DNA of 64,000 nt from Myxococcota bacterium. Lineage in GTDB: Bacteria; Myxococcota_A; UBA796; CAJQPC01. A model generated the notes under the pieces. The model had not been told where the DNA came from and did not search any database. It worked only from the letters and a program-made list of their open reading frames with translations. Each line of letters begins with the position of its first letter. The first letter of the stretch is position 1. The stretch is taken from positions 128,001 to 192,000 of the forward strand of contig JAZAMN010000052.1 of NCBI GenBank assembly GCA_036229005.1. The letters run 5' to 3'. Positions 58,678 through 64,000 of this stretch are shown here, in pieces. Position numbers and translations under genes: made by a program.

Positions 58678-60611
58678 TCTGGATGCTCGCCGCGCTGGCC
58701 TGCAAGGAGCCCAACAACCTGCAGGGCAGCTTCGACGCGCCGGCCTACGCCAGCGTGCTCAGCCCCGAGCAGGGGGGGCCCTTCGTGGACCCCGTCGCGT
58801 TCGTGGTCAACCAGGACTCCGGCGTGATCATGCCCCTGGACGTGCAGCACGGCTGGATCGTCCCCGAGGACGCCGCCGCCCCCTACGTGCCCTCCGCTGG
58901 CATCCCCACGGGCGCCGACCGGCAGCTCGGCCCCATCGCCGCCTACGCCCCCGACGACAGCAGCGTCAGCCTCTGGGTCGCCGACCTGGCCAGCGACTCT
59001 TTGCTGCAGGTTCCCTGGATCTCCGGGGTCTCCGAGTCCGGCCTCCAGGCCCAGGGCGCCGAGATCTCGGGGGAGCCCGAGTTCAACGACGCCGACGCCA
59101 GCGGGGACAGCGCCACCCTCTCGGTGGTCGCCCTGCGTCGCGGCGCCGCCGCCTCCGAGACCTGGACCCTGAGCTGGACCGGCCAGGACTTCCTGGTCGT
59201 GGGCTCCCAGAGCGGTCGGCAGGCGCGCCGGGCCACCTGGCTCGCGCCCTACGCCACCGACGACAACTCCGTCCAGCTCCTGCTGGAGGGCACCGCCACC
59301 GTGGGCGACAGCTTCACCTTCACGGTGGACAGCGGACTCACTGAGCTGCCCGTGGGTGGCGCGGTACAGGACCTCTGGATGGCGCCGGATCAGAGCGCCC
59401 TCTGGGCGCTGGTGATGGACGTGGACGCCGTGGTGGCCGACACTGGCGGGGACACCGCCGACACCAACAGCCCCTCGGACACCGCAGACACCGGCCTGAC
59501 CAGCGAGGACACCGGCACCACGACCCTGCTCGCAATCGACCCCGCCAGCGGCGCCACCCTCGCCCAGGTCGCGCTGCCCAGCGGCGCCATGCCGCACCGG
59601 ATGAACGCCACGCCGGACGGCCTGCGCATCTACCTCAGCGACGCGGTCGGGGAGCAGGTGCTCCAGCTTGACCTCGCCGATGGGCTGGAGTCTGCCGCGT
59701 TGACGAGCATCCCCATGCCCGGAGCGGTGGTGGACGCTGTGTGGCAGACCGACGAGTCCGCCTCCTCCCGGCTCTATGTGGCCCTGCGGGGCGAGAAGGC
59801 CGTGCGCGTCTACGACCTGGACACCCAGCAGTGGGTGGACGTGAACCCCGTCACCGCCGAGATCGACGGCGTGTACGTGGGCTCCCCCGTGCTGGCCCTC
59901 AGCGCGCCCGCCGCCCCCTTCCTGATGCAGGAGGAGGGCACCTGGGAGACCCGCGAGCGCGACTACGCCGTCGCCATCACCACCTGGGAGGGCACCGTCC
60001 AGATCGCGCAGGCCAGCACCGGATGCCTCGCGCAGACCCTGTCCGGGGCCTACGTGAACTTCGGCGAGACCACCACCGACGACGGCTGGGACGACCAGGG
60101 GGCCACCTCCAACCCCGGCTTCGAGCTGGACGCGCTGGACGAGCCCGTCCAGGTCAACCCCTGCGGTGGCATCGCCCGCAGCGAGAGCTGGCGGCTGACC
60201 TACGACGGCTCCCAGGGCAACTGGATCGTCGAGGGCAGCGTCTCCGGCGTCCAGGCCGCACGCGCGCAGGAGGGGCAGCGCTACGTGTCCGACACCGGCG
60301 CCATCTCCTTCACCATCCGCTCGGGGACCCAGCCCAGCAGCGACGGGGACAACTTCTTCTTCACCGTCAGCAACGGCACCCTGGAGATCGACTTCGATCG
60401 CGACGGGGACGGCGTGCTCTCCAGCACCGGCAGCGAGACCCCGCTGGACAACCCGGCGCGACCCGCGGTCTACACCTTCCTGGCCGGCGCAGAGGACGGC
60501 GGCTGGGTCTCGGTGAACCGCAAGGTGGGCCTGGTCCTCCCGGTGACCGGGTACGACAACGTCGCCAAGGTGGATCTGCAGGCCGGTAGGGTCGTCTCCA
60601 TCTGGGACTGA
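58674..60611 (+). CDS. Beta-propeller lipoprotein with two copies of an unnamed beta-rich domain
   Basis: ATGA overlap; MIWMLAALAC; SE(T/S)W.L.(W/Y)...V.GS.SG.Q..RA...Y..D...GD.F.F.V twice. Confidence 0.75.
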   Translation: MIWMLAALACKEPNNLQGSFDAPAYASVLSPEQGGPFVDPVAFVVNQDSGVIMPLDVQHGWIVPEDAAAPYVPSAGIPTGADRQLGPIAAYAPDDSSVSLWVADLASDSLLQVPWISGVSESGLQAQGAEISGEPEFNDADASGDSATLSVVALRRGAAASETWTLSWTGQDFLVVGSQSGRQARRATWLAPYATDDNSVQLLLEGTATVGDSFTFTVDSGLTELPVGGAVQDLWMAPDQSALWALVMDVDAVVADTGGDTADTNSPSDTADTGLTSEDTGTTTLLAIDPASGATLAQVALPSGAMPHRMNATPDGLRIYLSDAVGEQVLQLDLADGLESAALTSIPMPGAVVDAVWQTDESASSRLYVALRGEKAVRVYDLDTQQWVDVNPVTAEIDGVYVGSPVLALSAPAAPFLMQEEGTWETRERDYAVAITTWEGTVQIAQASTGCLAQTLSGAYVNFGETTTDDGWDDQGATSNPGFELDALDEPVQVNPCGGIARSESWRLTYDGSQGNWIVEGSVSGVQAARAQEGQRYVSDTGAISFTIRSGTQPSSDGDNFFFTVSNGTLEIDFDRDGDGVLSSTGSETPLDNPARPAVYTFLAGAEDGGWVSVNRKVGLVLPVTGYDNVAKVDLQAGRVVSIWD

Positions 60612-60630
60612 ACCGCCTGGCGGCCTGGGC

Positions 60631-62277
60631 CTACCCCAGCCTCAGGGCCTGATTGCGCTCCGGCGAGGACAGCTCGGCGTCGACCTCGGCGAGCTGCTGC
60701 AGTAGCTCTTCGACCCGCAGCGAGTCGCTCCCGGCCCGCTCGACCACCAGCAGGTGCCTCAGGACCTTGCGGGCCCCCCGGAGGTCGCCCAGGCGCGCCG
60801 CTTCGCCCAGGGCCTGCTGGTAGATGTCGGCCGCCTCGGCCAGCGTCCCGGCCGCAGCCGCCAGGTCGCCCTGCAGACGGCGGCAGCGTGCGGCGGCCTG
60901 GGGCTCTCCCGCGCGCAGGTAGAGGGCGTGCGCGGCGTCGAGGGCGGCGGTGGCCTCGGGGTGCCTGCCGGTGCGCAGGTGGATGTCGGCCCGGAGCCGC
61001 AGCGCCCCCGCGAGCACCACCGGGCGGGAGCTGCCCAGGGCCTCCGCCTGGTCCAGGAGCAGCGTGGCGCCCATGGTCTCGCCCCGGGAGATGGAGAGCG
61101 CGGCGCGGCCCAGGCAGAGGTTGGCGCGGGCCAGAGTGGTCTGCGGCTGCTCGCCCATCACCGCGCCGGCCTGCTCATACAGCGCGTCGGCGCTCAGGAC
61201 CTCGCCGCTGTGGACGGCCACATCGCCGGCGGCCCGCAGGGTCTCGGCCACGCCCAGGGGATCCCCGTGGTCGCGGTGGAGCGCGCGGGCGCGGCGCATG
61301 CGGGAGATGGCCTCCTCGGATTCGCCCATGGCCGCCAGGATGTCCGCGCTGCGGCGCAGCAGGGTCGCTGCCAGCAGGGGCGCCTGGGCCTTCATGAGCA
61401 GGCGCAGAGCGGCCTCGTGGTGTCCGGTCGCCGCGCCCGTCAGGCCCTGTCGGAGCAGCAGGTCGCCTTCGGCCCAATGCAGCAGCGCCCGGGGCTCGCC
61501 GCCATGCGCTTCGCGGCCCTGGTCCAGCAGCTCCCGAGCCAGGGGGAGCTGGCCGCTGATGCCCAGCAGGCGGGCCGCTGCGGCGATTGCCTGGGCCTTG
61601 GGGAGCCCCGCGGGCAGGTGGCGGACCAGGGCCCGGAGGAAGAGCAGGTCGGCGTGCTCCAGGCCCGCGGGGAGTGCCTCACCGTGGGCGATGCTCAGGA
61701 GCTCCTGGGCCCGGGGCAGCAGCTCGGTTGCGGCTTCTGCGGGGTCGGCGTGGGGGCGGGCGCCCTCCAGGCGCTCGGGGGGCAGGCGCTCGCGAGGGGA
61801 CAGCAGGTCCTCGCCGGGGACACCAGCCGGACAGAGGCTCAGGGCATCTGGTGCCGAGAGGTGGGGTGGGGGAGTGACGCCATGACACTCGGCCCCCTCG
61901 ATCTCCCGAGCCCCAAACCCGACGACCGCGAGGCCGTCTCCGAAGGCGATCAGGGCCTCGGCGGCGGTGCGGGCGTCCTCGGCCTGGAGCTTGCGCCAGA
62001 TCAGCAGGGTGCCCGGCTCAAGTGCCTGGGCGACGGCCCCCGTGACGCCTGGGCTGGGGAGCCGGAGGGCGAGCCCAGTGGCTCGGATGAGATCGGGCGC
62101 GTCCACGCATCCCAGGGTGTCCACCTGCAGGCTGGGCCCGGTCCAGGCGTCCAGCAGGGACTCCAGGGCCTCCTGTCGGCTGCGGGGCCCACCGACGTGC
62201 AAGACCAGGGGGGTGCCCAGGTGAATGGCCTTCAAGGCGCTGCGAGGCCAGGGGGATTCGGGGGCGTCGGGCGGCAT
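60631..62277 (-). CDS. TPR-repeat protein with degenerate STAND/P-loop-like N-terminus
   Basis: C-terminal A..L...G.....G...EA...Y..A repeats; N-terminus resembles an NB-ARC-like layout lacking GKT. Confidence 0.7.
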   Translation of the reverse strand: MPPDAPESPWPRSALKAIHLGTPLVLHVGGPRSRQEALESLLDAWTGPSLQVDTLGCVDAPDLIRATGLALRLPSPGVTGAVAQALEPGTLLIWRKLQAEDARTAAEALIAFGDGLAVVGFGAREIEGAECHGVTPPPHLSAPDALSLCPAGVPGEDLLSPRERLPPERLEGARPHADPAEAATELLPRAQELLSIAHGEALPAGLEHADLLFLRALVRHLPAGLPKAQAIAAAARLLGISGQLPLARELLDQGREAHGGEPRALLHWAEGDLLLRQGLTGAATGHHEAALRLLMKAQAPLLAATLLRRSADILAAMGESEEAISRMRRARALHRDHGDPLGVAETLRAAGDVAVHSGEVLSADALYEQAGAVMGEQPQTTLARANLCLGRAALSISRGETMGATLLLDQAEALGSSRPVVLAGALRLRADIHLRTGRHPEATAALDAAHALYLRAGEPQAAARCRRLQGDLAAAAGTLAEAADIYQQALGEAARLGDLRGARKVLRHLLVVERAGSDSLRVEELLQQLAEVDAELSSPERNQALRLG

Positions 62278-62345
62278 TCGGACCGTGGCTGGAGGCCGGT
62301 TTCTGCGTTAGCGGACTGCCCCAGAGATACCAGACGGAGAGGGCC

Positions 62346-63221
62346 ATGTCCGAGAGCGTGATCGACATCCAGAACATCGGCGTGGTCGGCGCCGGACAGA
62401 TGGGCAACGGCATCGCCCAGGTCGCCGCGCAGGCGGGCTACCAGGTGGTCCTCAGCGACATCTCCCAGCCGGCGCTGGACAAGGGGATGGCCACCATCCA
62501 GAAGAACCTCGGGCGCATGGTCCGCAAGGAGAAGCTGACCGAGGCCGAGGCCCAGAGCGCCCTCTCGCGCATCCGCACCGCGACCGAGCTCTCCGCCTTT
62601 GGGGACAGCCAGCTCGTCATCGAAGCGGCGACCGAGCGCACCGAGCTCAAGTTCAAGATCTTCGAGCAGCTCTCCGCCGCGACCTCCGCGGACACCCTGC
62701 TGGCCTCGAACACCAGCTCGATCTCCATCACCGCCATCGCCGCCCACACGGACCGGCCGGACAAGGTGATGGGCATGCACTTCATGAACCCCGTGCCGGT
62801 CATGAAGCTGGTGGAGCTCATCCGGGGCCTGGCCACCGCCGACAGCACCTGGAGCGCGGTCGAGGCCGCCGCGCAGCGCATGGGCAAGACCACGGTCGAG
62901 GGGCGGGACATGCCCGGGTTCATCGTGAACCGCGTGCTCATGCCCTACATCAACGAGGCGGTCTACGCCCTGTACGAGGGCATCGGCTCGGTCGAGGACA
63001 TCGACACCGCCATGAAGCTGGGCACCAACGTTCCCATGGGGCCCCTGACCCTCGCGGACTTCATCGGCCTGGACACCTGCCTGGCCATCATGGAGGTCCT
63101 GCACACCGGCATGGGCGGCGACTCCAAGTACCGCCCGTGTCCGCTGCTCCGCAAGTACGTCGAGGCCGGCTGGCTGGGGCGCAAGACCGGTCGCGGCTTC
63201 TACACCTACCCGGCCAAGTGA
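62346..63221 (+). CDS. hbd: 3-hydroxybutyryl-CoA dehydrogenase
   Basis: GVVGAGQMGNGIA, EAATE, ASNTSSISIT, GMHFMNPVP, PGFIVNR, PMGPL.LAD.IGLD, LGRKTGRGFY. Confidence 0.93.
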   Translation: MSESVIDIQNIGVVGAGQMGNGIAQVAAQAGYQVVLSDISQPALDKGMATIQKNLGRMVRKEKLTEAEAQSALSRIRTATELSAFGDSQLVIEAATERTELKFKIFEQLSAATSADTLLASNTSSISITAIAAHTDRPDKVMGMHFMNPVPVMKLVELIRGLATADSTWSAVEAAAQRMGKTTVEGRDMPGFIVNRVLMPYINEAVYALYEGIGSVEDIDTAMKLGTNVPMGPLTLADFIGLDTCLAIMEVLHTGMGGDSKYRPCPLLRKYVEAGWLGRKTGRGFYTYPAK

Positions 63222-63228
63222 GGGACCG

Positions 63229-64000
63229 ATGAGCTCCGATCGCACCGTCCACCTGTACAGCACGATCAAGGTGGCCTTCGACGACCGCGTCGCCGTGGTC
63301 ACCCTCAACCGCCCCAAGGCCCTCAACGCCATCAACAGCACCATGGTCCAGGAGCTGGGCGAGGTCTTGGACGAGGTCACCCAGCGGGAGGCCCTCGCCG
63401 TGGTCCTGACGGGCGCGGGCCCCAAGGCCTTTGCCGCTGGCGCCGACATCTCCGAGATGCGCCGCATGAGCCCCGCCGAGGCGGCCCGCTTCGCCGAGCA
63501 GGGGCAGCGCGTGTTCTCTCGCCTGGAGAGCTTCGACCGCCCGATCATCGCTGCGGTCAATGGCTACGCGCTGGGGGGCGGCTGCGAGCTCGCCATGTCC
63601 TGCGACATCATCCTGGCCGCCAAGAACGCCGTGTTCGGCCAGCCCGAGGTCAAGCTGGGCGTCATCCCCGGCTTCGGCGGCAGCCAGCGCATGACCCGCC
63701 TGGTCGGGCGCCAGCGCGCTCGGGAGATCTGCTACACCGGCCGCAGCGTGCGCTCGGAAGAGGCGGCTCGCATCGGGCTGGCTGCACGGGTCGCAGAGGG
63801 GGACGTCGTCGCCGAGGCCATGAGCCTGGCCAACCAGATCGCCAACAACGCGCCGCGGGCGGTGAGCCTCTGCAAGCGCGCCATCAACACCGGGGCCGAC
63901 CTGGACATGAGCAGCGCGCTCGCGCACGAAGCCCAGCTCTTTGGGCTCTGCTTCGCCAGCTCGGATCAGAAGGAGGGCATGAGCGCCTTCCTCGACAAGC
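63229..64000 (+). CDS. crt: Enoyl-CoA hydratase (crotonase), truncated by window end
   Basis: ATG 63229; TLNRPKALNA, AFAAGADI, AAVNGYALGGGCELAMSCD, FGQPEVKLGVIPGFGG. Confidence 0.9.
   Translation, partial: MSSDRTVHLYSTIKVAFDDRVAVVTLNRPKALNAINSTMVQELGEVLDEVTQREALAVVLTGAGPKAFAAGADISEMRRMSPAEAARFAEQGQRVFSRLESFDRPIIAAVNGYALGGGCELAMSCDIILAAKNAVFGQPEVKLGVIPGFGGSQRMTRLVGRQRAREICYTGRSVRSEEAARIGLAARVAEGDVVAEAMSLANQIANNAPRAVSLCKRAINTGADLDMSSALAHEAQLFGLCFASSDQKEGMSAFLDK

Overview
High-GC chromosomal segment, probably from a Myxococcota/deltaproteobacterial-type bacterium (inferred from MopE-type repeats, a MYXO-CTERM-like tail, DUF4157 and GldG-like genes; acidic secreted proteins suggest a saline habitat). 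Housekeeping genes are prpE, thiC with a TPP riboswitch, tRNA-Leu(CAG), two NUDIX enzymes, arsS, glyQ-glyS-ppdK, and 3-hydroxybutyryl-CoA dehydrogenase plus a partial crotonase. They are interleaved with many secreted or lipoprotein genes. Highlights: (1) an IS110 element (48006-49510) inserted in a host heptamer-repeat array, whose left non-coding end folds into a bridge RNA with readable target, donor and handshake guides. (2) A lower-GC three-gene lipoprotein island whose FG-GAP-repeat gene has a (TTCTC)6 repeat in its signal peptide that currently frameshifts it OFF (Opa-like phase variation), followed by two divergent Cys-rich paralogues. (3) A DUF4157 protein with an actin-cross-linking-domain-like ligase C-terminus. 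(4) A MopE-repeat lipoprotein ending in an intelectin-like domain. (5) A phased GGCTACG-N9-TGA motif array. (6) Beta-propeller lipoprotein operons, one with nested domains. All family assignments come from motif recognition by eye; no searches were run.
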